A stretch of DNA of 55,202 bases from NCBI GenBank assembly GCA_003971905.1, contig RSEE01000026.1, positions 682,001 through 737,202 of the forward strand, given 5' to 3'. Position 1 is the first letter of the stretch. Every line of letters starts with the position of its first letter. This document shows, in pieces, positions 1 through 12,597 of this stretch. Under the pieces are notes generated by a model. It was given only the letters and a program-made list of their open reading frames with translations. It had not been told where the DNA came from and searched no databases. This DNA is from Moniliella sp. 'wahieum' (Eukaryota). The position numbers were made by a program, and so were the translations under genes.

Positions 1-673
1 CTCCTTCGCCCCGTCGTGCTCATACGGCCAATGCGTGGAACGGCCAGATGATCGTATTTGGCGGTGGCAATGGGGTGGGGGCGCTGAACGACGTGTACAG
101 CCTTGTTCCCGTCTCCTCCGACCCGGCGCCCGAGGGCGAAGGCACCGACAAGCAGGTCCAGCAGACCGTACTGCAATGGTCCAAATGGGAGTGCACGGGT
201 AAGGCGCCCGCCGGACGCGGCTACCACACTGCCAACATTGTGGACGACAAGTTGATCGTGATTGGTGGCTCGGACGGCCACATGAGCTTCAACGACATTC
301 ACATTCTTCAGCTCGATACCAAGGTCTGGTACCAAATCAAGACGGACGAAGTGCACTACCGTCTTGGCCACACTGCCACCCAAGTCGGCTCGTACCTGTT
401 TGTCATCGGCGGCCATGACAGCAAGTCCTACACCACCGAGATCTTGAGTCTCAACCTGGTCAACTTGCAATGGGAAAAGCGCAAGGCATATGGCGCTCCA
501 CCATCCGGTCGCGGGTACCACCAAACTTGGCTCCGCGACTCTCGCCTCTTTGTCCATGGTGGGTTCGATGGTAAGGACGTGTACGGGGACATGTGGTACC
601 TTGATTTGGCTGCCTCGGCTTACCTCCGCCCCAAATCACCTCCTTTACTATTGAGCTCGAGGAGGAGCAGTAA
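1..673 (+). CDS. Kelch-repeat protein, 3' part (5' end outside window)
   Basis: ORF 48..677 has repeated kelch motifs (GRGYHTA...LIVIGGSDG, RLGHTA...LFVIGGHD, GRGYHQT...LFVHGGFDG). A 1-nt shift near 627 gives the likely true end LPQITSFTIELEEEQ* (TAA 671-673). Confidence 0.8.
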
Positions 674-1256
674 CTAGTAACCACTTAACGTGACATCCAT
701 ACTCTCGCCCACTCCGTGGCCTTTCCTCGGTATCTCGTGCGCGCCTTTTTTCCCTGGATCGTACGGGCACCACCGCGCTGCCTCCTTGGACCACTCCCCT
801 CTCCTCTGTTGACCTCCTATTGCTCTGTAGTAGGCCCTAGCCTGGTTTTCCCCGTACAGGCTCCCCGCGGGTAGGGCTCTTTCTCTCTCAATCTCATCGA
901 TATGACCCTCCCTATCGTACTGCTCAATGCATCTGAAGGCAGACCAAGGACCAGACGGGCGTAGCCTTAGGCCTCCGAGGCCTTGCTCCCCCCTACCACC
1001 TTCTCTCAGTGTACTAGCTCATGCATCAACAGACGTGAGCCAATGGGCCCAGCTAGGTGCCTTGGCGCCTCCAGGAAGGTACCCATGCCGTAGACAGGTG
1101 GTACGCGTCCCTCGCGCCACAGGGGTAGTAGATCAGGTGCTCAGGTGCATTGCTGTCTCGCGTAGAGATGATTCGCTAGCTTAGACTCGACACAGGAGCC
1201 CAACGTCCCCTGCGGGTCCACGGCGCGTCGCAGGTCGGAGCACCTACGATGCGAGC

Positions 1257-1612
1257 TTAGTGCTCCGCCTTGGGCGCCAAGCGAGCTAAGGTAAGGTATC
1301 CCAAAAGTAAAGTCAGTTTTCATCGGGGGTCATCGAGTCATCGAGCGTCATCAACATCGATCCTCCATCCACGTTCCACCTTGCGCAGAACAAAAAGCAC
1401 ACTGCTGGGTCTACAGCGAGGCAGAGGGGATCAACAGGTTCACGGAACGTACCCCATGGGTTCTTGGGGTCCTTGAGTGCCTCGGGGGTGTTGCTGCCCT
1501 TGTCCTGGGTGTTCTTGATCAAGTAGCCCACCACGCCCGTAGCCAAGATGAAGGGGAAGAGGGGCTTGACGATGGGCGTGGAGTAGACGCGGAAACCAAG
1601 GAACGTCGACAT
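1257..1612 (-). CDS. ATP18: Mitochondrial ATP synthase subunit i/j
   Basis: MSTFLGFRVYSTPIVKPLFPFILATGVVGYLI...DPKNPW matches the Atp18 pattern. Intron 1452..1286 (GTACGT donor, CTGAC branch, CTTAG acceptor) joins a last exon ARLAPKAEH*. Confidence 0.85.
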
Positions 1613-2297
1613 GGTCAAGATCAGCTCGACACAACAAGACAAGGCGTGGGGGGTAGGCAATTGGGCAGAGCCAACGAGGGAGTCCACACGCGCTCAAGCC
1701 CTTCTCCCGCTTCCTCTCGCCTTGACTTGACCAGACAGAAGCGGCTGTCCGCTCCGTTTCCAAGCCCTGCGCCGGAAGCCGGAAGCTGCGAGAGGCTACA
1801 CTGCCCCCCTCCCGCCTCTTACGCAGCGGGGCGACACTGGCCCCCTTCGCGCTGGACGCGTCCGCTGGCACCGTGGCGCCCCGACAGACCCCGTCCCTAG
1901 TGCATGATGCTCCCGACGCGTGATAGCTACGTAATGCAAGTGAAATTGCACCGGTGGCTTGTAGGGTTCGGCGCGGCACGTGCATACGACCCAAATCGCA
2001 ATGGGAGGCGTCTGGCGGCGCGCAAGCTACCGAGCTACCCACCAGGATGGAGACGGCACTGGCTGTCCAAAGCCCAGGTGTTGTGTTTGCGTTGCGTCGC
2101 CTGCCACACCTGATTAATGATTCCTTTTGTGCTATGCCTTGCCCCAATCGCTGTAATCCAGCCCCCTCACCCGTCATCCGCTCCTGTCTCCTGTCTCCGT
2201 ATGCCATTGTACCTTCTCGTGGGGATGGGCAATGGGCCGCTGCCGTCGTATTAGGAAAGTTGCTCATCTCTTTCTTGCTTTCTTGCTCGCTGTTGCG

Positions 2298-3892
2298 TCA
2301 GAGACGCTCGGCTTTGGCCAGACGAGCTAGAATGAGAAGAAGATCCAGCAGATGAAGTTCCTCATCGCCCCCCTCTGTCAACGCCTTGTCGGTGCTACCC
2401 ATAGCCACAGCCGCTTGCGCCTTGAACCTGGGTGGCAACGTGGGGTGGAGAACAAGGTAGTCGTGAAGTTGGCTCAACACTTGGCTCGCCGCATACCCAT
2501 CCTGCACCGTTTGCGTCACTGCCGCTTGCACCGCATCAAATGAGCCACTGCCCGCCCCGTCCGCCTCCGCCATCACATCCTCCCCCTCATCCGTTTGGCC
2601 GCCGCTGCGTCGGCAGGCGTGAGCGGGACGCGAGCCGCGCGGAGCAACCCCATAACCACGCTGTGCGGTACCACACCAGCGACTTCGGTAATGGACTGCG
2701 CAGGGACCGCACTTTGGTCCGACGTGCGCAACCGCGCGGCCGATTGAAGGTACATGAGCGCACGTCGCATGTCTCCCTCGGAGGCATCCAACAACCGGTC
2801 CACCACACCGTCCTCCAACACCACCTTTTCCTCCTTGGCCACATATTCAATTCGGTCCCGTGCACTGCCCGTGTCCAGCGATCGGAAACGGAACTTACTG
2901 CAGCGCGAGGTGAGAGGCTCAATGATCCTGGATACACACATGCAGGCCCCGGCCCAGTAAAGTCAGCACGCACATTCTTGTTCCCCTTCCTCTTCCTCTT
3001 CCCCTTCCCCTTTCCCCTTCCATCCACCCGACCGGCCTACCGGCCCACAACACAAAGGGGCCAATACGTACCGCGTCACGTAGTTGCACACGAGACAGAA
3101 CCGGGTGACAGACGAGTACTTTTCCATGATGCGACGCAAGGCCGATTGGGCATCCTGCGTCATCGAATCCGCTTCGTCCAGAACAATGATTTTAAAGGGC
3201 GGACAAGGGTGACCTGCCTTGATAGCGCTCGCAGGCGCAGTGGCCACGATGGACTTGGCAAATGTCTTGATTTTTTCCCGTACGACCGAGATGCCTCGTT
3301 CGTCCGACGCGTTCAGCTCCAGAACACGGTGCGGCATCAGTTCGGGCCTGGGAGGAGGTTCAACATCGACATGGACATTGACATAGGCATAGGCTAGGTT
3401 AGCGTTGTCTGTACCAACCAGGATCGAGGACCAGGAGGCGAACAAGGTACAGCGCCAATAGGACAGGAGCAGCCTACGTACCCAAACATTTCTCGGCACA
3501 GAGCCAAGATGGCCGACGTCTTTCCCGTCCCCGGTGGACCGTAGAAGAGCATGTGAGGCAGCTGGATCGAACAACAACGCGGTTAGCCATCCAGTCGTGG
3601 GGCACGGGCAATGCCATGCCATTGCCATTGCCATTCCCAGCCCAGCAAAGGCGGTAAGGCGAGGGAAGGAAGGGAAGAGGAAGAGAAACGTACATTGTTG
3701 AGAAGGAGCGTCTTCTTCAGCCTGCACCGTATGATCCTGCGATGCCACCTCGTCCATCGTCTTAGGCCGGTACTTCTCGACCCAAGGCCGGTTCTGCTTT
3801 TGCTCGTCGGAGCGCTTGGCCTTGGGCTGACCCGAGGCGGCCGCCTTGCGGGCAGCCATATCGAAAAAGCTGGGGGCAGAGGTAGTCGCCAT
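2298..3892 (-). CDS. RFC2: Replication factor C small subunit (Rfc2 / human RFC4 type)
   Basis: [24 protein letters not shown] (after intron 3693..3562), [57 protein letters not shown]-terminal [11 protein letters not shown]. Three GTACGT-type introns plus indel frameshifts. Confidence 0.92.
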
Positions 3893-4138
3893 GATGATTT
3901 CTTCCCTGAGCCACCTTGAAAAGAGTAAACAGGTAGAGGAGGTGGTGGTGGTGGTGATGTGGCCATCTCGTCTCCGAGTGCAACCTGGCCTTCCACCTGC
4001 GCGTTTCGGAATGGCGGGCGGGCGGGAGACGAGTGCGCGACGCGGCGACGCGGCCGGGAAATACAATGTTCAATTTCTTGCCGTTCGGCAGGTATATTAC
4101 TGCCTCCCTCGTTAGAAAGACTGGAACTGAGAGCATCA

Positions 4139-4237
4139 GCTTCGTTGGCGCAGTTGGCTAGCGCGCAGGTCTCATACGCCTGTATGAGTGGAAGCCACGT
4201 CATCCTGAGGTCGCCAGTTCGAGCCTGGCACGAAGCA
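4139..4237 (+). tRNA. tRNA-Met(CAT), elongator type, with 25-nt intron (4177-4201)
   Basis: Acceptor stem GCTTCGT/ACGAAGC plus discriminator A. D arm GCGC..GCGC. Anticodon loop CT-CAT-A with CAT at 4173-4175. T arm GCCAG-TTCGAGC-CTGGC. The U31:U39 pair is typical of eukaryotic elongator Met tRNA. The intron contains TATGAG, complementary to the anticodon loop. Confidence 0.93.
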
Positions 4238-4244
4238 TTTTTTT
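4238..4244 (+). terminator. RNA polymerase III terminator (T7)
   Basis: Run of 7 T immediately after the tRNA 3' end. Confidence 0.8.
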
Positions 4245-4516
4245 CTTCCCCCAGAAGATGTGGGTGCGTTTCTTTCTTGAAGCTTGAAGGCTGAAGGGCC
4301 CCAGGGACGTGAGGCTGAAGAGAAGCGAGGGCCGTCTCCAGCGGAGGAGGGGCGACAGGTGGGCGCGCAGAGGCGGCGGGCGGGGAGCGTGAGTACTGAG
4401 TGGTGGGTGACAGACCCGCTGCCTGCGCGCCGTCTGGCCATTCCCGCGCTGACGTCAGCCTTCCGGCGCAGTGGGCGGCGGCAAAACGAAGCTCGAAGCA
4501 GCTTTTTTCCGCGCGC

Positions 4517-6414
4517 ATGCTCCGACTCGCCATCGGCACCCGCCTGCTTGCCCGCTGCCCCCGCCGCACCATGACCACCGCCGCGCTCACCCCCCAGCAG
4601 ATCCAGGAGCAGATCAAGGCCCAGGGCGCTGCCCTCCGCGCCCTCAAGGCCGCCCCCGACGCCGACCCGGCCGCGGTCGAGGAGGCCACGGCTCACATGA
4701 AGGCCTTGCGCGACCAGCTGGCCAGCGTCTCTGTCGGGTCGGGCGGAAAGTTGGAAAAGGAGCTGAAGAAGCGGCAGGAAAAGGAACGCAAGAAGGCCGA
4801 GGCTGCCGCTCTTGCTTCTGCCAAGGCCCAGGAGGGCTCATCCACCTCGGCGCCCGCTGCTGCTGCGTCGGCAACGTCTTCTGCCCCCCTCCTGCGCAAG
4901 CGCAAGCCCCGATGCCGCCCCCGCCACGGACGGAAAAATTGCAGTCAAGACGCCCAAGGGCACGCGCGATTGGGACCCTGTGTCGATGGATGTGCGTCAG
5001 CGGATCTTCAAGACGATCACCAAGGTGTTTGAGGCCCATGGAGCCGTGACCATTGACACGCCCGTGTTTGAGCTGCGGGAGATCTTGACGGGCAAGTATG
5101 GTGAGGATGGGGGTAAGCTCATTTACGACCTGGCTGACCAGGGGGGCGAGATCTCGTCGCTGCGATACGACTTGACTGTGCCGTTTGCGCGCTACGTTGC
5201 GATGCACCCGACGAAGCTGGTGGAATTAAGCGTTACCACATTGCCAAGGTGTACCGGCGGGACCAGCCCGTGATGACCAAGGGTCGGTTCCGTGAGTTTT
5301 ACCAGTGCGATCTGGACATTGCCGGGCGGTACGATGCCATGTTGCCCGATGCGGAGATTCTGCAGGTGCTGAGCTCGGCACTGCAGGCGCTCAAGATTGG
5401 AAAGTTCACCATCAAGCTCAACCACCGCAAGATCCTCGATGCCGTCTTTGCCGTCTGCGGCGTTCCCGAGGCCAAGATCCGCACCATCTCCTCTGCCGTG
5501 GACAAGATGGACAAGCTTCCGTGGGAAGATGTGCGGGCGGAGATGGTGGAGGAGAAAGGGCTGGCGCCCGAGGCGGCCGACTTGATTGGGGACTATGTCA
5601 AGCTCAAGGCGGGTCCGGCGCATGCCGACTTGCTCGCTCTCGTCGAGCGCTTGGCCCAGGACAGCAAATTGTCCAACAACAAGGATGCCCTGGCTGGGCT
5701 GGAGGACATGCGCTTGCTCTTTGCCTACCTCGAAGCGTTGGGGGTGAAGGATGTGATCAGCTTCGACCTGAGTCTGGCTCGTGGCTTGGACTATTACACG
5801 GGTATTATCTACGAAGCGGTTACCGAGGGTTCCGCTCCGCCCTCGGCCGAGGGAGGCAAGGCGCTGGCGCAAGCCACACCCGAGGGAGAGGAAGTCGACG
5901 AGGCTTCTGTTGGTGTCGGCTCCATCGCGGCCGGAGGCCGATACGATAAGTTGGTGGCATGTTTGGGAGGGAGGACGTGCCGTGTGTTGGGGTGTCGATT
6001 GGGGTGGAGCGGGTATTCGCCATCAAGATGGCTGCTCTCAAGAAGGCCCACACGGGGCTCACTGCGCGCGCGAAGAAGACGCAAGTGTTTATTATGAACC
6101 TTGGGCCTGGCATGGTGGCCGAACGCCTGGCACTGGCCAAGCAGCTGTGGGACGCTGGCATCCGTGCCGAGTTTATGTACAAGGTCAAACCCAAGGCAGC
6201 CCACAACTTTACTCAGATCGAGCGGGACCAGACACCGTTTGCGGTGCTGGTCGGGCCGTCGGAGTGGAAGGAGGGCAAGGTGCTGGTCAAGGCCCAGCAC
6301 GGTAAGGGATCGACCGAGGGTGCGTCCAAGGGCGAAACGGTGGCCCTGACCGACTTGGTTGCCTACTTGCAGCGCCGCATTGCACAGGAGGCTCCCGATT
6401 CGGATGAACTGTAG
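4517..6414 (+). CDS. HTS1: Histidyl-tRNA synthetase (WHEP domain; candidate dual mitochondrial/cytosolic starts)
   Basis: [98 protein letters not shown] and an anticodon-binding domain, split over ORFs 4400/4812/5249/5959 by 1-nt indels. Confidence 0.95.
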
Positions 6415-7099
6415 AATTGTGATTCCACTTACCTCTCCTACTCTTCATACATGACCGCTTGCTCCTATCTCTTGAATCAGCTTCAAATCAGTCCCATAAC
6501 CACGTACCCTGTTCTGTGGGGATCAAGGTAGCAACGTGGTTATCCTTGCAACCTTTGAAGGTGACCAGTGAAGCTAGTACGTTTAAGATGTTGAACTGGC
6601 AAGTTGCAGAAGTAGTTAACCCACCCGTTGTTTATTGCAGTAGTCAGCCTCCTCACACACAACCTCAGTATTGCTGCACACGCTTGACGTTGCTATGGAG
6701 CCTCCGGCGTTCACCTTCGCCCCTGGGCCTGGGCCTGTCCACATGCTTGTTGGACTTGCCACCCCCGCCGGCTCGACCTATATGGTCTTGACTTCACAGC
6801 CTCTGCCCTTCCCTGTCCTTGCTGCCAAATCGACCGGACCGACTCCTGATTATAGCTTACCTGCAGCAAAAAGGTTAAAGACCATCAGTGAAATCGATCC
6901 TGGTCGATTGAGGAGTAGCGGGAAGAAGTTGTTTGGAGGGGCAGACACAGGTCTAGCAAAGTCTAGAGCTATAGGATGCATCAATCCGCTGCCTCCCTGG
7001 CCCCCCTTTCATCTTGACTTGCATCTGCAGTGAGCATACGCGACCAAATCGTCAATCACAGAGACGACAAGTAGAGTATTAGGCGCCCACACTCTCCCT

Positions 7100-7420
7100 C
7101 ATTGTCACTGGTTGTTCAAAACGCGGCATAGATTGATACCTGCGATCAACTCGAGAGACAGGTTGCAAGCCACTCGAGTATCTCTAGTATACAGTTTGAC
7201 CCAACCCCACCTTTTGGTTTTGGTCGGCGAAACGTCGACCCACAAGCCAAGGTACCGGGGAGAAAAGTAACCACCTCTACAGTGCCCTGCAAGGTATACC
7301 ATTGAAGTGAGTGCGGTGCATTCACGTCCCGCAACGCCACGGCCGATTCCACATGTGTGGCCATACTAGGTCGAGCCAAAAGGAAAAGGTCCGTTGAGTG
7401 GTACAGAACGTTACGGACTC
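7100..7420 (-). mobile_element. Possible highly degenerate LINE reverse-transcriptase relic
   Basis: Minus-strand fragments VRNVLY..DLFLLA (YADD-like context) and, about 50 codons later, GTVEVVTF / RYLGLWVD, resembling the LINE RT end motif EVV..F(K/R)YLG..LD. Interrupted by stops and shifts. Confidence 0.3.
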
Positions 7421-8430
7421 TCGGCGGTTATGTAGTGGCCATTTACCAGTGCCTAGGCACTCTGATCTACAACCCCTGCACTCCTTCATGTTCTTTAATA
7501 GCCAGGTGGTGTCGTGGGTTGGTAGCTTGCCAGACCGAACCTTCAACTTCCCTATTAACTAGACCCCGTCTACCACTGATGGGCCATGGGTGTACATGGG
7601 TGTAACGTGCTCGCCTGCATGCCATTCGAATCATCGATTGGAATCATCGAGTTGGTGGAGACGGAACCAGCAGAAAAAAACGAAGATGATATCGATGAAA
7701 AGAGCCCTGGTCCTGTAGTTGGGTCTGAGAGCTGGGACGTTTCTAGAGAGAGCAGAATATACATCGCCACATTGGTGTAACCAGAGCTTGAACAGGCGCG
7801 CGGGGGGTGATCCGTGAAGCTTGAAGATCCATCAGGGGAAAGAACGACACAGGTCATGCATCATGCCAGAGTCATATAGATAGGCGGTAGGGAGCCCGCT
7901 GAAGACCACAAATAGTTGTATCTGTACGAGTCAGGCAACACGAGTGAGACCAGGTGCCAAGGGAAGCAAAGAATGCACTGGTATTAGGAGAAGGGATAAC
8001 AGGATCGGCGAGAAGAGCGATGAGAAGATTTTCCGATTAGCTCGAAGAGGACCGTGACAGTATGTACAAGACTATATAAATTTGCACACGAGAGGAGGAT
8101 AGGTAGAGCACATGGAGATGAGAGACCCGCTCCAGAGCGGGGGTTGGAGGGTGGTGATACAGTAGGAGGCCAGACGGCCAAGTTTTGCAAGGGCAGCGCG
8201 TGACAATGCCCAGGTGCAACACAAAAGGGGGAGAAGAAAGGAGGGATGAAGAGGACCGTGGGCAAAGGCAAGAAAAACAATCGTCCCATCTTGCCAACCG
8301 CGACCTCGGTGAAGAGGTTAAAGGTGACTTGTGAATCGTGGGAGCTGAGGGGGGCAGACGAAAGCGAGTGAAGCAGTTCCCTAACCCATTACGAGAAGAA
8401 CCTTGGGGGAAAAAGTGCCGTCGGGGCTTT

Positions 8431-8828
8431 TTAAGGAGCAACAATGTGCACGCCCTGCAGCTCACCCTCCTCCAGAGGAGCAAGAGCCGAGAAGACACCC
8501 TTGGTAGCGTCCAGGTGCGACGCGTCGCAGCCCTCGCAAAGGTCGACAACCGTGACGGCAACCATCTTGCCGTTGTAGTGCAAGTGAAGCTCTTGGTTGC
8601 ACGAGTAGGGGCTGTCGGACGACATGGCAACGACCATGTCGTTGTCCGAGGGAGTGGGGCCACCGCACGCGGGGGCGTCAAGGGACGAGCCAGCGTACCA
8701 CGTAAGGGTGCCACCGGTGTTGTCGGAAAAGCGCTTGCCATGACCTCGCGGTCAGCAGCAGGGATGGCGGCGGCCGAAACGACGGCAGCGGCAGCGGCGA
8801 CAGTAGCGAAAACAGTGGAGAACTGCAT
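8431..8828 (-). CDS. Secreted RlpA-like double-psi beta-barrel (expansin/loosenin-like) protein
   Basis: Signal peptide MQFSTVFATVAAAAAVVSAA. After a 1-nt shift near 8737: KR-FSDNTGGTLTWYAGSSLDAPACG...DMVVAMS...CNQELHLHYNGKMVAVTVVDLCEGCDASHLDATKGVFSALAPLEEG, the DPBB signature. Confidence 0.85.
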
Positions 8829-11800
8829 GGTGAAGAAGCGAGGCAAAGAAGGCGAAGGGCGCGAGAGGCTGAGAGAGAGGAGGAGAGGTGGGTGTGGGGG
8901 AAAGGCTGGATGGGCGAGAAGAGAGGCAGGTTATATACGCGGGATGCCCCAAGAGGCGCGCTTGGTACACTCCTTCTTGTTTGGGGAGGGGGGGGGGGGT
9001 TGCGTTGCGGTGCGAAGAAAACGGGGGGAGGTGCAAAAGCGCAAAATTGCCAATCCAGCGGCGGATGTTTCCAGGGGATCTACTCGCGTGTCTCAGCGGT
9101 GTGGATGCCGGGTGTGCGAGCAGGCGATTCTGCGATTATGTCAGATCTCAGAAGCCCAGCGCATGCCCCCCCGGGCGGGTGGGAACATGTGAACTGGGTA
9201 CCCACTGCTCGGTGCGCTCCCGTGCGGCGACGGCGTGGCGGAGGAACCATGCAGCTGCCCGAAAAGGGGGGTGGGGGAGGCGAGGGCGCCTGTGCGGCTG
9301 CGCGGCACGAGATGGGTGTTGCGCCGGATACGTCTCATCTCAGAAGAGGGGGGCTGGCGCTCTCACGCGTCTGTCACAAGCGTCACCTGCCCCGTGTCAC
9401 GCGGTGCCGGCCAGCCACAGAGCCAAGCAGGCCCCCCCCCGGGCCACTAGAGCCTCCGGCGAGGCTTGGAGGCAACAGAATGAAACACAGCCCCCCCCAT
9501 CCAACCCCCTCGATGCGGATCTTTGCCGATCCGCGCTTGCGTTGCACGGCGACTGCCCTGCCGCCGCCACCGGCTGGCCTGGGCTGGCCCGGAACCGATT
9601 CCAGGGCCGCGCCGCCTGTCGCGGAAATTTTCGTCCAAATCTCAGGCAATAGGCCGGTTGGGCCGTCAGCCAGTAGGGTTGGCAGCCGTTAAATTTCCGC
9701 CGGGCTGAAAAGGCGGGACGGGGTTGGGCCATCGATTCGACGAATGATCGGGAGGGTGAACTAAATTGGGGTGCTCGGGGCGCCGCCTCAGTGACTAGTA
9801 AGGTCTGAGGGTGATTAATGATTAATGATTGGGGCTGATGCGGTGGCTGGGGGAGGGGGGGTGCGAACAAGGCCCGCACGCGGTCAAATGTTCAATCTCA
9901 GCTCGCGGAGCGCGCGGCACAGGCGCCGCTGTGGAAGCCACCAGCAGGTGACTAGGTGACTGTATCAAACCTATGCCCCCCCCCCGAGCAGCCGGGCCGA
10001 CTGGGCCAAGCCAGGTACTCGTCACATGTCACAGACTCTTGCCCGATGCGTTCGTTACACAGGAACGAACTACCCCAGGCTGCCTTCTCACACGTATTCA
10101 CATGTCACATCGAATTGTTCAAGAAGATTCAAGTTGTTTACCGGCACCACGCCAGCATCCGAAGCAAAAATCTGCGTTCGATTAGATAATCGCCGTCTTG
10201 TTGATGAGTGTGACGCGGATGGCAATTAGTCATCAGGCGTGTGCCTGTTCGCACGCGGCTTCTCACGTGGGGTGGCAATGCCATAATGCATCGCAGCCCG
10301 GTTTCAATATTTTTGTCGTCGCGTTTTCTTCTACCCCCCCGACCCAGTAATCAAACCCCACGCCACGGTTCCATCACTTTGGGATCCGCCCCCCAAATTA
10401 CTCAGGCGACGCCACCCACCCCAGCCTGATGCGCGTCATACGCCCCTCACAACAGCGCCCCAACCGCCCACCGCCCTACTTTTTCCCATCGGCTAAGCAT
10501 CCGCCCCGGCCGACCTCCCTCGAACCTTTTTTGCGACATCTTGGCAATTCTCAATGCCTCAGCAACTCTCAGCTCTTCTTAGCGTCACCCCTCTCAGCTC
10601 TCTGTACTCAGCTGCTCAAGCCGGATAGCACCCCGAGAGACCCAACACATGCCATCGCGAATGTTGTCTTCATATCCACACGCCATTGCGTCACCGACGA
10701 CCGCAACGCCTCTTGTCTTCCTAATTTCACCCCCTGCCCTTTGGCGCACGTGAGATGGCCAAGATATGCCACTAACGTCACGCGCTTCACACTCGTGCAG
10801 AGTGCCTCAGTCACAAAGTAGATCCAAACAATGCATAGCCGCGCTGCATAACCAAAACAGACCGCGATAAGTAAGACGACCGTGTCCGCGCCGTGTCGAT
10901 CTACCCTCACATCGAGCTCCCTCCCTCGCTTCAATGTCTTCGACCAGCTCTAAGCTTCACACCCTTCACACTTTCAAGATTAACCCGGTATAACCGGATC
11001 GCCCGGAACCGGGGGAACCCATGTACTCTCTAGTCGCGCTTTTTGCCAATTGTGCCCGGATGACGGACACGGTCTCGGCCCACAGTTTAACCACACCCCA
11101 CCGGCGGTCGTCAACGCGTCAACGTCGTCAACATTCACCGTGAACATGGTTACCAGATCGAATTGGTTCGTCCGAGCATCATAGCTGGAACACTCTCTCA
11201 GATCTTCTCAGGATCTCAGGCCTCAGGGCCTCAGGCGGAGATGCTGAGGGAGGCACCAGAACCCCTCCCTGGAGCCCCCCAACGGCTTAGACTGCGTCAT
11301 CCTGTTGGAGCTTGACGCTTGAATGTGGCATTTGACCAATTTGAAAGTTGGCACCCTATTTCGGGCTCGGATGGTCGAGGGTGGTGGGACGGGAGGGCAA
11401 GTAGAAAAGCACACAACCACGGTCCTATGTAATCCAAGCTTCAACTTGAAGTCTCTCCTTAATAAGCCGGAGGTTAGCTGCCCCACAGCGACGGACCATG
11501 GGCCACGGGCCACGTCCTCCCCCCCCCCTGCTCTGCGTACTACTACGTAGCGCCCTTTTGAAATTGACCAGTGGCGCGTATGCAATGACGTTGACGCTTT
11601 GAGCAGTACCAGGAACATGTGCTGCTAGCGTTTAAGCAGAAGTTATAGAGCTTCGCGTGTATCGCTTATCGCGTAGCCTGGAATAGGCAGGAACTGGGGG
11701 CTCGGCCACAAGACGAGGGTTGCGGCGCTGCGGTCGCTTGGTGGGATTGCCGGAAAGAGAAGGTTGAAGAGTTGAACGTTCAACGTCTGTGAGCTCATAT

Positions 11801-12534
11801 CGAGCACATGCACACCCTCGATGCAATTCCCACACCCTTCCCTCTGGATCTGAAGCTTGGAGCTAGCTTGAAGCTTGAAGCGAAAGAGGGGTGGCCGGTT
11901 GGGGGGAAGGCGTAAGGTTCCCAGGTCCCGGAGGGTCCCTCGGTTCCTTTTACTCCATGTTACCGACCGGTGAAAATCCGATCAGGCGGCACATGGCACA
12001 CATGGCCCAGGGCTGCACGTGCACATGGTCGACCGGGGTCACGCGTCACGCGTCACGGGCACATGGGCAATGGTGCGTGGCCACGCGGTCACAGGTCACA
12101 TTCACAGGTCACGCGGTCACGCGGTAATGCCTCAGTACTACATAGGCCCGCAGGTTGCGCTGATTCATGATGGCGCTGATGCACTGATGATCGACATGCT
12201 CCATCCTCCATCAAAATCATCGATTCGAATCGACTGGATCGGCTGGGTCAATCCTACCCCAGTACCCAGTACCCAGCGTTGCATCCTCGATGGTCCCAAG
12301 CAGCCAGATCGTCGACCGTCGATCGTTGATCGATGATCCATGATCGATCCCAACTCGTTCAGCTGGTGGTATGCGTAACGCGTAACGTGAACTGGGGTTC
12401 GCGCCTCCTCCCCCTCGTGCTGAAAATCTTGGCGACGGGGATGGATCGATGCGCAGGATTCAAAAGTTGCATTGCATTGCATTGCAATTCGTTCGATCTC
12501 GCCTACAGCGTACTGGATCGACTCCATTGACCTT

Positions 12535-12597
12535 CAGCTTCAAGCTTCAAGTTCCAAGTTCCAAGCTCCAAGTTCCAAGCTTCAAGCTTCAAGCTTC
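12535..12597. repeat. 7-bp tandem array (AAGCTTC/AAGTTCC/AAGCTCC), 8 units plus a partial
   Basis: From 12542: aagcttc aagttcc aagttcc aagctcc aagttcc aagcttc aagcttc aagcttc. Confidence 0.9.

Noticed and set aside
3583..4689. 368-aa minus-strand ORF and the many other long overlapping or antisense ORFs in the track
   Set aside because: They overlap a tRNA or recognised genes, have no family motifs, and are expected in GC-rich DNA with few stop codons.
4900..5960. Programmed ribosomal frameshifting in HTS1 and other genes
   Set aside because: Shifts occur in nearly all genes at unrelated positions with no shared slippery site or structure; assembly error is simpler.
8379..8387. CCCTAACCC as a telomerase RNA template
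   Set aside because: A single 9-mer is expected by chance in a window this size, and it lies antisense in the 3' flank of the RlpA-like gene with no supporting structure.
12535..12597. CRISPR-like or bacterial-type repeat array
   Set aside because: Units are 7 bp with no unique spacers, the context is eukaryotic, and no cas genes are present.
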